From the NCBI RefSeq assembly GCF_009914755.1, contig NC_060931.1: a stretch of DNA of 64,000 bases; one strand, written 5' to 3'. The notes below the pieces were generated by a model. The model was not told the origin of the DNA. It did no database searches and was given only the letters and a program-made list of their open reading frames with translations. The first letter of the stretch is position 1; each line of letters starts with the position of its first letter. Made by a program: the position numbers and the translations under genes. This DNA comes from the human T2T-CHM13v2.0 reference genome, Homo sapiens. Positions 45,854 through 59,985 of the stretch are shown here, one piece after another.

Positions 45854-47660
45854 TATTTTGTTATTTGGAAAGGAAAAAATAAAACATTTTTAAAACTTTA
45901 GAAAAGTTAGACTTAAAGGTAATAGGGGTAATGATATAATTAGGGTGATGGTAGAATTAGTTAATTGGGAAATTCACAAATAGATATGATATGCATTGTA
46001 TCAAAAAGAGAGTTATTTGAGAAAACTATAAAATATATGAATGATTGACAAATCGAATCCAGAAAGAAGAAAATATAATTACAACTGAGAAAAGCTATGC
46101 AGCCACAAATACAGAAGAGATAAAAATTATGAAATACTGTACTTTGTATAACCAAAAGCTAATCTATTTCAAATTTTTTGTGAAACTATTGACTTTATTA
46201 AAAAAGATTATTACAGATTTAAGAAAATGCAGAAAATCAACAAAATCAGATTTCTAAAACTGATAACCTGTTTTTAAAAAATACCTGAAAAGCTTCTCAA
46301 ATTAGGAAAAATTATATCTGAGTTTTTTCCTGTTGTTGAGAAATAGACACTCCTCATGTTATATTAACTGTTCCAGGATGAAGAAAAAGTGGAAAAGCTA
46401 ATATAACTCTCATACAAAAATACACAAAAGAAAACCAACCAACACATCTCACATGCAAAAACGCTAAAGCTGGAACTGGAAAATCTAATTTAAAATATGC
46501 TCCAAACATAGCTGACCACAGCCAAGTACAGATCATTCCAGAACTTGAGTACAATTTAATACTAGAAAAATCAATCCATGTATGAAATCAAATCAATAGA
46601 CACAATAAAAAGTGTGGTGGTCTCTATGGAAGCTGCAAACAGTGCTGGGGAAAATACTAGATTCCTTCAGGACTTTTTAGAACAAGGACAAGAATAATCC
46701 TTTCTCGACAAAGTAAGAGTGATCTATCTCAAGGCAGAAGCATATTCTCCTACACCAGAGGAATTTCCATTAACATAAGCAATGCCCCAAGGATGCTTGT
46801 TATCATTTTTATTCAATGTTGTTTTCTGTGTTCTGGCCAATATTATGACTTGAGATACAAGTGAGAAAGATGACTAAAGGAATTCATGAGACAAGATGAT
46901 CACTATTCAGGAGATGGTATGATTGTCTATCTAGAAAAAAAGAAATGACTCCATCGTAATTCTGGGAATTTACTAACAGTGGCTGGGTCCTGGACAAACA
47001 TTTAAAAAATCAATCGTTTCCTTGTGTGGCAGCAATAACCATTTAGAAAATGGAGTAAATGCGGAGTTAAGGGGCTGTGAATATATAACAGCAAGAACTC
47101 CTGATCTGCCGTCCCGACAAGTCGCCTCCGGAGTGGACACCGGCCAGGGAAGGCAGGTCTCTGGAGGGAAGGTAGAGAGAAGATACGGAGGATCTGCCCC
47201 TTCCCCAGGAAGCTCCCCGAGAAAGGGCCACAACTGTTTACTCCAGCAGGCTCTGGGGGGATTCAGGCTTGGGGGTGATGGTCTTGACCTCACTGACTAC
47301 TGACCACCCGAAGAAAATCTGCTCTATAGCCCGTGTCTCCTGCTCCTGGGTGGGATGTACCCTAAAGAGAGGGGGCTTCCTCCTTGACCTCAGGAAGGAG
47401 GCACACTTGTTTCTGGTCAGGTGAACATGAAAACCACCGGGCTTCCCCTAACCTGTTGGTGTGCCTTTGCCCTGACTTGGCAGAGAAGGCGGATGGAAAT
47501 CTACAGCCAGGCAGAGAAATGACAACTCACTTCAGTCTCAGAAATGACAACTCACCCCGTCTCAGTGACCAGAGACAGGGTGACTCAATGAGCCTTTGAA
47601 GCACTTGGTTCCCACTGACTACAACTAAAGAAAGAAGACTTAGGTAAGAACTTAGAGGGT

Positions 47661-48086
<426 letters not shown>

Positions 48087-48452
48087 TCAGAGTACACCAA
48101 AGACTCCCAGAAAGTAAAAAGCATGATTTTCAAATATGCAGATTCATAGACACTCTGAAATTACCGGCTGGTAGGTGATAGGAACTGAGACAGTAGCCTG
48201 GAACCACTGCACAGAACAACAACTCAGAGCACATACCCAGTAATGGGAGTGCTGGGTTGAATGGCAGTTCTGTTTTTAGCTCTTTGAGGAATCGCCACAC
48301 TGCCTTTCGCAAGGGCTGAACTGATTTACACTCCCACCAACATATATGAGTGTTCCCTTTACTCCCCAACCTTACCAGCATGTGTCATTTTTTTTTTAAG
48401 ATCTATGTAGCAACTTTGGTTTTCTTTCGCAATCTTTATCAAAGTTTATCTA

Positions 48453-49081
48453 TTTTTTTTATTTTATTTTTCCATAAGTTACTGGGGTACAGGTGGTATT
48501 TGATTACGAGTAAGCTTTTTAGAGATTTGTGAGAACATGGTGTACCCATCACCCAGCAGTATACACTGCACCATATTTGTTGTCTTTTATCCCTCACCCC
48601 CCTCCCACCCTTCCCCCCAGGTCCCCAAAGTCCATCGTATCATTCTTATGCCATCGCGTCCTCATAGCTTAGCTCTTACGTATCGGTGAGAACATACGAT
48701 GCTTAGTCTTCCATTCCTGAGTTACTTCACTTAGAATAATAGTCTCTAATCTCATCCAGGTCATTGCAAATGCTGTTAATTCATTCCTTTTTTTGGCTGA
48801 GTAGTATTCCATCGTATATATAGATATATACCACAATTTCTTTATCCACTCATTGATTGATGGGCATTTGGGTTGGTGCCATGATTTTGCTATTGCGAAT
48901 TGTGCTGCTATAAACACGCATGTGCAAGTACCTTTTTTGTATAATGACTTCTTTTCCTCTGGGTAGATACCCAGCAGTGGGATTGCTGGATTGAATGGTA
49001 GTTCTACATTTAGTTCTTTAAGGAATCTCCACACTGTTTTCCGTAGCGGCTGTACTAGTTTACATTCCCACCAGCAGTGTA
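48453..49081 (-). mobile_element. 5'-truncated L1PB-like 3' end nested in the L1PA
   Basis: ttccataagttactggggtacaggtggtattt 3' terminus; ORF 48669-49034 is the L1 ORF2p C-terminus ([22 protein letters not shown]). Confidence 0.85.
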
Positions 49082-49205
49082 GTTATTTTTGACTTTTTCA
49101 TAGTAGCCATTCTTACTGGTGTAAGATGATATCTCATTGTGGTTTTGATTTACATTTTTCTAATGGTCAGTGATACTGAGCTTTTTCTGTATGCTTGTTG
49201 GCTGC

Positions 49206-49341
49206 ATATATGTACATATATATATATATACGTGTATATATACACGTATATATATATACATATATACATATATATACATATATACATACATATATATATA
49301 CATATATACATATATATACATATATATACATATATACATAC

Positions 49342-49372
<31 letters not shown>
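49206..49372. repeat. (TA)n/(TACA)n alternating purine-pyrimidine microsatellite
   Basis: Read directly from sequence. Confidence 0.95.
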
Positions 49373-49869
49373 ATGGAATACTATGCAGCCATGAAAAAGA
49401 ATGAGATCATGTCTTTTGCAGGAACATGAATGGAGCTGGAAGCTGTTATCCTTAGCAAACTAATGCAGGAATAGAAAACCAAATACTGCATGTTCTTACT
49501 TAGAAGTGGGAGCTAAATGATGAGAACACATGGATGCGAAGAGGGGAACAACAGATACTGGGGCCTACTTGAAGGTGAAGGAGGGACAGTACCCCAAATA
49601 ATTATTGGGTACTAGGCTTAGTACATGGGTGACAAAATAATCCGTATGACAAACCCCTGTGATAGGAGTTTCCCTATTATAACAAACCTGCACATGTGCT
49701 CTGGAAACTAAAATAAAAACAAAACAAAACAAAACAAAACACACAGAGCTAGAGACTGGGAGGTAAAAGCTGAGAGACCTGGAGACTAAGATCCCTGAGG
49801 TCTAACCTGATGAGGACAGGAATTCCAAAGAAAGAACAAAAGAACGGATGGAAGAGAAATGCTGTTCAT

Positions 49870-50120
49870 GATCGCTGACATCCACAGAGCATTTTTTATC
49901 TGCCAGGCATCATAGTACATGAGTTAACTCATTTAATCCTCACACCACACTAACGAGGTAGATATTATTACTATTTCATGTCCTAAATCAGGAAGTGGAA
50001 ATCAGAAGAGCTTATGCTCAATTTGCATGGGCCAGACCTGGGGCTGGGTGGGGCAGGGTGAGGCGGGGGTTCTGAATTTGGCAGTCTAACTCCAGAGTCC
50101 ATCATTTTAACCAAGCTGGT
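49870..50120. mobile_element. MIR
   Basis: tgccaggca...aactcatttaatcctcaca...gatttggcagtctaactccagag-like core. Confidence 0.75.
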
Positions 50121-50544
50121 AAAGATTAACAGAGGCTGATTAAACAAATAATAGAAAAAGTAACCCCAATGCAAATAAAGACATAAATAGCAAAGAAATT
50201 AAAACTTAGAAAAGTTAAACATAAATATGGTAATAGGGGTAATGATAGAATTAGGGGAAAGGCAGAATTAGTTAACTGGGAAATACACAAATAGATATGG
50301 TAATCATCGTTGCAAAAAAAAGAGGATTCTTTGAGAAAACTATAAAACATATGAATAATTAACAAATCTAACCCAGAAAGATTCAAATAAAATTGCAACA
50401 GACAAAAACTATGTAGCAACAAATACAGAGGAGATAAAAATTATGAAATACTGTACTTTATATAGCTGAAAGCAAATACATTTTAAAACTTTTGTGAAAT
50501 GAGTAATTTTATTGAAAAATTACTAGTTTATGACATTTAGCACC

Positions 50545-50845
50545 AAGCTGAGTGGCTCACATCTGTAATGCTAACGCTCTGGGGGGCTGAGGAGTGAGGA
50601 TTGCTTGAGGCTAGAAGTTTGAAACCAGCCTAGGCAACATAGCAAGACCTCATTTCCACAAATAACAAAAAAATAAAAAAAATTAGCCAGTCTTGGTGGC
50701 ACACACCCATAGTCCCAACTACTCAGGAGGCTGAGGCAGGAGGATTGCTTGAGCTCAGCAGCTGAGGCTGCAGTGAGCTATGATCGCACCACTGTAATCC
50801 AGCTGGGGCAACAGAGCAAGATCCTGTCTCAATTAAAAAATAAAA
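50545..50845 (+). mobile_element. AluJ-like
   Basis: TSD gacatttag. Confidence 0.88.
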
Positions 50846-51736
50846 GACATTTAGGACCCATATGAAGAAACCTATACAACTTTAGTGATATATTTTTAAA
50901 GCCTTTAAAAGAAAACATAAAAGAATACCATGCTTCCTGGTAGAAGGATTACTCTAACAATTTTATACTTCTTAAATGAATGGATATGTTTAATGCAATT
51001 TCAGGATAAATCCCTATGGAATTTTTTTGGAAATGTCCCAGTGAATTGGTCATTTGGAAGAATGAGCAGGAAAGAAAACCTCTAAAAGGAATTAAGGACA
51101 GTAATGCTATATCTAGTAATAAAATCTATTATAAAACCACAATAAAAAAGTACTGATGAAGGTTAAGTAGGAGATAAACAAAACAGGGCAATTCAGAAAT
51201 AAGCCCTAGTAAATAAAGATAATAAACATAAAAAATCGAATGGAAAAAAGGAGGCTTAGTTAACAAATGGTGCTGAAAAGACAGGTAAAGAACTTGAAAG
51301 GAAAAATCGATTTTATTCCTCACTTGGCATTTTACTCTAGAACATGAATTAGAGGATAAAAAATTAGAGAAATATATAGGTAAAATGAAGAAAATCCTAT
51401 CTAAGCTTAAAATCAATAAAGGAATAACAAAAAAATAGAGATTCACAGACTTGCTAACATACTCTGCATGTTAAAAACATCAGGGACTAAATTAAATATT
51501 TAGCAATAATCTAGGAAAACTCTATGCAATGAATATGGCAAAAGAATAGCATTCTTCAAATACGAAGAAATTCATTAAAAGATGAATACTAAAAGATAAA
51601 AACAGATAATCCACAAAAGACAAACACAAATATTAAACATGTAGAAAATGTTCAACTTCAATAATATGAAAATAAATGCAAATTAAAGCAATAGTGAGCT
51701 AGCATTTTCCACATCCCCAGTATGCAATGTTATTTC

Positions 51737-52056
51737 ATTTTTGTTGTTGTTGTTGTTTTGTTTGTTTTAAAAACAAGGTCTCACTCTGTTGCTTAGGCCG
51801 GAGTGCAGCGGCATGATCATAGATCATTACAGCCTCCAATTTCTGGCCTCAAGTGCCCCTCCTGCCTCAGCCTCCCCAGTAGCTAGGATTACAAGCACAT
51901 GCCACCAAGCCCACCTGTTTTTTAAAAAAAAAAGTTTGTAGAGATGGGGTCTCACCATGTTGCCCAGACTAGTCTTGAACGCCCGGCCTGAAGTAATCCT
52001 CCCAGTTTGGCCTCCCAAAATGCTGGAATTACAAGCTTGAGCCATGAAGCCTGGCC
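51737..52056 (-). mobile_element. AluJ-like
   Basis: Alu consensus, (TTG)n tail on plus strand. Confidence 0.88.
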
Positions 52057-53068
52057 AGATTTTAAGTGAAAAGACAGAGTACACAGTTTGCTGAGTCTTC
52101 TCACTAATACTGATGGTAACAGACATGAGCATAGACTTTCTGGATACTAATTTGGCAATGGCATTTAGATAAAAAGTTCCTTTTTAAATGTTCTTTTTTT
52201 TTTTTTTTTTTTTTGATTCAGTAATTCCTTTTCTGGAATCTGTCCCAATGAAGTGTTCAGAAATTTGGTCATAGATTTCTGCATCATGCTGTTTATCATA
52301 ACATTATTTGTAACAGTGAGAAATGGAAAAGAATAAGGAATATAAATAGGAAATGAAAAATCAACCCATCGCCCAGAAGTAACATACGTGTATTTTTTCT
52401 TCATTTTCTTCTAAGCAAATAAACAAAATAATTAAAATTATGTTTTCCAGTCCTTTTTACTTGATATTGTATTGTGAAGATTACATGTTATTAAAACTCT
52501 TTACAATAATGAGTGTAGAAGACTTATTGGGAAAAAAAAACCTCTTCATAATAAAATTAGTTGTATGACATCTTACAGAAAGCCATAGATTTCTCCATTG
52601 ATCCCCTATTTTGGTGTGGTCTTATCGTTTCTGTATTGGCATGAAATATGTTTGTAATGGAACAGGAAGTTGTTTCTCTTTTTCAAGTCTTCAAGCGTCT
52701 ACATGAAAGCGTTCTTGAGGGGTAATGGTTCTGGCAAGCGAATACTGCAGCTGAATGCTGATAATTTCCTCTGTGGAACACGTAGCACAGTTTTCTAAGT
52801 CGTGCAGAAGTTAAAATGTCACTTGGCACCAGCCCATATTATCCAGAATGTTATACAACCACCATCCGGATCATTTCACGCAAAATTAGAATTGTATAGA
52901 AAATTGCTCTTCTGGGGCCCCACCACTATACCACATATATTAAATAATCACGCCACGTTAAACACCTACACGTGCTACCAAGTCTTATCCAGATGAGACC
53001 CTGGATGATCGTAAGTGCAATTGTTTCACCTCCAGAAATTAACTTGCTTGAGTAAAAAGTGGGAGTAA

Positions 53069-53428
<360 letters not shown>

Positions 53429-55384
53429 AACAAGCTGGAATCTTTAGAGAACACCCAAGAGTGTCTGTCCACACCCTGGGCAGAGGGCCAAGGGGGCAGG
53501 ACTTTGGAAGATGGTAAGCTCTGAACTGAAATAGTGGAGAAGAATAACTTCACAAAGCTCTCTATGAAAAATACGCCTTTGCCCCATATAGATCATAGAC
53601 ACTGGGGATGCTGAGTTGCAATGCAGTGCAAAAGGACAGTGACGTGCAAAAGAAGCCATGGTATTCTGCATTAAAAAAACAAAAGTCGAAAACGAAGAAC
53701 GCTGTCTGGCTTTAAAACCCAGCTGTCAACAGGAGGAAGTGTAATCATTTTGACATGTTTCCGTTTCGTTGAAGATTCAAGGTTTTAAACTTGGACTTAA
53801 ACCTAAATGTTATGCTTCCTGGATTGTGAACATCCAATTTCATTTATATTTTTAAACTAAAACTTTAGAAATGGATTAAGCAGTTGAAAACTTCTGGGAT
53901 TCACAAGAGATGTACAGAATATATTCCTTTTAAATCGTCAGTTTCAGAAACCTTTATCAAGGAAAATTAACAAACCACTCTTAGGAATGTCATTCCATCT
54001 ATGGTCTTCAAAATCTGTCTCCATCTTTCCAAGATCTAGACCTCCTAAAAGTAGGTCAGAGGGATTACTTTTTCCTGCCACTTACCTGGTCTTCATTAGC
54101 AATGGTATGATAGGGATGGTATATTAAAGGAATGCTCAAATGACAACAGTAGGGATGAAGATTTCTTCAATAACCCATGTCAAGAAAATATGGGCAGATT
54201 GAAGCAAACCCTGACAATCCCTCATACTTAGGAACTCCCAACCCTCATTCTTGCCTTGGCAAAAGTTTTCTGAAAAAAAAGCCAGTAAGTCAATACTTCA
54301 GGCTAAATTTAAAGGAAACTACTTGGAAATTACCTTGCTCTGAAATCTTGTTAGAAGCATAATATTTCCAAAAAGAAATTGAACTATAATAGGTTTCAGA
54401 GCTTAGCTTTCAAGGTTGCAAATGACCGTCAATTGTGAACTCAGGGTACCCACAGCAAAAGACTCATGACAGCTGATCTCCCTATATTTTGGTGAATCCT
54501 TACAGCATTCACTCAGTATTTTATAATCCCAGTCCTCCTGTAATTTCCCATAACTTAGTTATAGTGACCTCATTTATGATGAAACATTCAATTAACCACT
54601 TAGGTTGAAAAAAAACTGTGAAAAATTTCTGAGAGGTTCTGATGATGGGTAGAGGAAGCAACACTCTACCCTGCTTCTTTCCACTGCTGGCAGCTGTGGA
54701 ACATGCAGAGAACGCATGGAACAGCTATTTGGGGATTCTGAGAAGTAAGTTGTAGTAGCAGGTGATTTGGAGAAGACCTGAATTTAAAGTACCACCAAAC
54801 CAGCAAAGAGTTTGCTACAGTTTTTCCTCGAGTACCCCCAGCTAGATGCAATGCTAAAGACCCCGGGCAGTGGGCATTGGTGTGGGTGGTGAGAGCTCCA
54901 GGAAGCCTCTAGTTTTGGCTTGAGGGGTAGGAAAAGGGTCTCTAACATTCAGAGAGAGTGGGGGAAATACTTCCTGTCTTTTCATTTCACCATTTCTTCA
55001 TGCCTCAACCCATGGTAACCTGCAGGTGCTTACATGCTCTGAAGGAGAACCTTTCCTTCTGATCAGTGGAACCATTGTCTCGAGTAGGAACAAATGCCTG
55101 ATGCCTTTTTCTCTTTCTCTTCTCTTGTAGCTTGGATCAGGAAGCTGATACAGCCAAGGAAAGTATGCATAAGAGTAGGACAAATAAAGCCTCAGCTTGC
55201 TGGACATAGGAATGAAAAATAGAGTCCTAAATAAATGGTAGTACCAAGGAGGTCTTGGAGAGTGAAGAGGTTGGCAAAGCTACCCCGCCATTTTGTGTAT
55301 GAAATCCTGGGCTCACCTGTAAGTTGTTCATGCCTGTCTAACCCTAAACAGTCTGCCCTAGACTCTGAAAACTGGAAAACATGT

Positions 55385-55790
55385 GAGATGGTTTGGATAT
55401 TTGTCCCCTTCAAATCTCATGTTGGAATGTGAGCCCCAATGTTGAACTTGGGGCCTGTGGGAGATGTTGGATCATGGTGATAGATCCTTCATAAATGGCT
55501 TGGTGCTCTCCCCACCGTGATGCATGGTAGTGAGTTCACGCAAGATCTGGCTGTTTAGAAGAGTCTGGGATCTCCCCCGTCTCTCATGCTTTGTGACACA
55601 CCAGCTCTACTTCCCTTCTGCCATGACTGAAAGCTTCCTGAGGCCTCACCAGAAGCTGAGCAGATGTGGGTGTCACGCTTCTTGTATAGCCTACAGAACT
55701 GTGAGCCAAATAAACCTGTTTTCTTTATAAATTACTCAGTTTCAGGTATTTCTCCATACCAAGGCAAACTCCTCCATAGCAACAACTAAC
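55385..55790 (+). mobile_element. MST-type MaLR solo LTR
   Basis: gatggtttggatatttgtcccc...aaatctcatgttg...ctgaggcctcaccagaagc...gaactgtgagccaaataaacc. Confidence 0.8.
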
Positions 55791-56575
55791 TCAATGGGAC
55801 AAAATACTACACAGCTCCCAGAATGGCCAACGGGTGGAGCACGAGCAGAACAGATCTGAATAGTGTTGCAAAGCCTTGGAAAACTGAACAGACCACAATC
55901 CAAAGAAAGCTGGTCAGAATTTTCAGCCTACACCCAACCAACTCAATCTGCCTGCTCAAACAAAAATATCAACATTCTCTGGAGGATTTAAAGAAGAGCC
56001 GGGATCTCATAACGTAATATTCAAAATGTCCAGACGATAATACAAAATTAATCAGCATATGAAGAAGCAGGAAAATTTGACCTGTATAAGAAAACACAAT
56101 CACCAGACGCTACAGACACAGTTGTTGGAATTATCTGAAAAAGATGTTAATGAAACCATTAACACTGTGTTCTTATTTATATCACTTATTTCTTTGTTGA
56201 GAGGTTTTTATCTTTTTCTATCTTTCCACTCCTCTCATTTGCAAATCCTCTCGAGAGGAATGGGAAAATAGAAAGTCTAGACAAAGAAATAAATGATATA
56301 AACAAGACTACAATGAAAATTTCAGAACTAAAAAAAAAAAAACAGTAACAGCAAAGAAGCTCTATAGAGGGGCTCAATGTAGAAATGGAGGTGATAGAAG
56401 AGCTAGTGAATTTGAAGATAGGTCAATAAAAAATGTGAGTCTTTCTCCTCTTCTTCTATGATTAATGTTCCTACTATCAGAGGCATAAAAGGAGATGAGA
56501 AAGGCTGCAGAGAAGAAAAAATATTTAAAGAAATAATAGCCAAAAACTTTCTAAATTTCTCAATAGAAATAAAAC

Positions 56576-56627
56576 GGCCTGGGCGACAGAGCAAGACTCT
56601 GTCTCAAAAAAAAAAAAAAAAAAAAAA
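56576..56627 (+). mobile_element. Extremely short Alu (last 30 nt plus poly-A) with TSD
   Basis: agaaataaaac | ggcctgggcgacagagcaagactctgtctc A22 | gaaataaacc. Confidence 0.8.
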
Positions 56628-57040
56628 GAAATAAACCAACAGATTCACCAAGCCCCTAAAGCCCCAAATGGGATGAACCTAAAATAATACATCCTCAAAC
56701 ATATCACAATCAAATTGCTGAAGAATAAAGACAAAGAAAAACATCTTACAATCAGACAGAAATAAATGACGCATTACCAACAGAAAGCAATGATTCCAAT
56801 GACTATAGATTTCTCATCATAAAACACTGAGACCAGAAGGAAGTGGAACAACATTGTTAAAGAGCCAAGAGATAAAAAACTGTCAACCCAGAATTCTACA
56901 TCCAGTGGAAACATCCTTCAGGAATGCAGTCAAAATGAAGACATTTTCCAATGAAGAAAAGTAAAGAAATTCATTGTCAGCACACCTGCTCTAAAAAAAA
57001 TTTTAAAGGATGTTCTCCAGAAAGAAATAAAATGATACCA

Positions 57041-57360
<320 letters not shown>

Positions 57361-58482
57361 ATGATACCAGAAGGGAACTTAGAACATAAGAAATGCCAAA
57401 TATATGGGTAAATATAAGATTATTCTTACCCTGTTTGGTTCTTTAAAAATGTTCTATGGTTGAAAACAAAAATTATAACATTGTCTCATGTGGTTTTCAA
57501 TGTAGGTTGATATAACATCTAAACCTTTAACTAGAATGACAAAGGAAATGGATTGATTCTTCAGATAATACAAAACTCACCAACGAAGAAAGACACATCC
57601 TAAATAGTCCTATTAAAGAAATTGCATTCACAGTTTAAAACTTTCCAAAAAAGAAATCTTGAGGCCCAGATGGCTTCCTTGGCAAATTCTACCAAAACAT
57701 TTAAAGAATTTTTTTCTTTATGGATAAATAATGCCAATTTTACACAATCTCTTCCAGAAAATAAAAGAGGAAGGAACACATCTCAGTTTATTTGATAAGG
57801 TTAACATTGTCCTGATACCAAAACCAAAGACATTACAAGAAAAAACAAACAAAAAAACACCTAGAGTCTAATACCTCTCATGAACTTAGACACAAAGACA
57901 TAAGGTTTTCTTTGGTGTCAAAACCTGATCAAAAAAAAGGATCAAGCTGTTCTTGAGCTGTATCTTGAATGTGCTGACCTGTACATGTATATGAATTTAC
58001 ACGTGTTAAAATTCACAGAACGGTACACCCTCAAATGTCAATTGTATGTTAATTCAAAATTTAAATTTTAAATCTAAAAATGTTTTAGGGCCATAACTCT
58101 CAGATTGCATTAAGAAGCCAGTTTCAACATCTGCAAAGCCATACAATAATCTTTCAAAATGGTATGACATGCAATGCCATAAGTCTCTTGGGAAAGTTTT
58201 CCTCTCTCTTAAAAGGGGACAGCCCTGGCTTTGCATATTGTCCTGTGAAGATGCAATATATAGCAGCCATCCTGTATCCACAGGGAGAAGCCAAGAGAAC
58301 TGCAGAGTTGCTGAGCTAGATAGAGGCCTGGCATCTTGAGTGGCTGCATTCACCAGCCAAGAGCTCATCTTATCTCCAGACTTGCCATGAGAGCCAACAA
58401 AACCAAATCATTCCATGTACTGGCAGCTGAAAAAAGCAAAACTTGGATAGTATAACTGAATATCTATTTGAATTACTTTATA

Positions 58483-58733
58483 CAGGTTGAGTATCCCTAA
58501 TCCTAAAATCTGAAATCAGAAATGCTAAACAATCTGAAACATTTTGAGTGACAACCTGACGTGGAAAGGAAATGCTCATTGGGGCATTTCAGATTTTGGA
58601 TTTTGGGATTGTGGATGCCCAATCAGTAAGTATAATACAAATATTCTCAAATCCACACCCCCACCCCCAAAATAAAATCCAAAATCCAAACACTTCTGGT
58701 CCCAGGAATTTCAGATAAGGAATACTCAACCTG
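58483..58733. mobile_element. Tigger4/MER46 (Zombi) non-autonomous DNA transposon
   Basis: TIRs caggttgagtatccct ... aggaatactcaacctg, preceded by TA. Confidence 0.85.
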
Positions 58734-58800
58734 CATAGCTTTTATGGATGAATTGGACATATGCCTTCTTGTAATAGCAAATTTAAAAACTTCTTTTTCT

Positions 58801-59140
<340 letters not shown>

Positions 59141-59808
59141 CTCGTTTTTCTCTATGAAGATTCTATGACCCCCTCAAGGTGCAAGTGAACTTTCTGAGGA
59201 GAAAATTACTCAAAATCAATTAAGGTAAGGCAAAACTAATCACTTTTGGCAGGTGCTCTTTGTCAGCCAGATGGACAATTCTAAACAGCTCTATTAGATT
59301 GGGTAACTGATCCAGTTAGGTGGGGAAGGGTTTTGTAGCCAGCAAATCCTGACAAGCTATCCTGATATAACCCCAGTAAAAATCATATATTTTGCAACAA
59401 CTATTATTTTAACATAGACAGGGATGGTTGTTAAATCCTGACATAGAATCTTCTAACTCAAGGTCATCTCTTTCATGATCCATGATGCAAGACTCCTAGC
59501 CTTCCAGATTTCTGATTTTGGATTTTTTGATTAGGGATGCACAACCAGTAAGTATAATACATATATTCCAAAATCCATCCCCCCTCAAAAATCCATAATA
59601 CTTCTGGTCCCAGGCATTTCAGATAAGGGACACTCAACTTGCATAGCTTTTATGGATGTATTGGTGCTTGCTCAGGCATTTAAGCTGATCCTAGGCTGAT
59701 CTTTTTAAAAAAAAAAAATCTGAGCTCTGTTATTATGTGGCTCTAGGACCACTTCTGTGCAGAAACATAGCTGCAGTGCACTTGGGCACAAACAGACATC
59801 AGGCTATT

Positions 59809-59985
59809 TGTAAAATATATTAATATTCTGAAATAGTGATATACATGTAAAATATATTTATATGTTAATATATGTAAAATATATTTATATGTTAATATTA
59901 ATATATGTAAAATATATTTATGTTAATATATGTAAAATATATTTATATTTTAAAATATTAATATTAAAATATTAATATTTTAATG
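59809..59985. repeat. AT-rich minisatellite, unit of about 27 bp (tatgtaaaatatatttatatgttaata)
   Basis: 4-5 imperfect copies. Confidence 0.85.

Larger units (their letters stand above)
48231..49740. mobile_element. 5'-inverted (twin-primed) L1PA15/16-like element: minus part 48231-48390 plus 49082-49212; plus 3' end 49373-49740
   Basis: ORF2 C-terminal sequence in opposite orientations; degenerate TSD ending cagagc at about 48229 and 49749; CAAAA tail. Confidence 0.75.

Noticed and set aside
48669-49034. 121-aa ORF as a functional protein
   Set aside because: It is the C-terminal fragment of ORF2p from a 5'-truncated L1PB.
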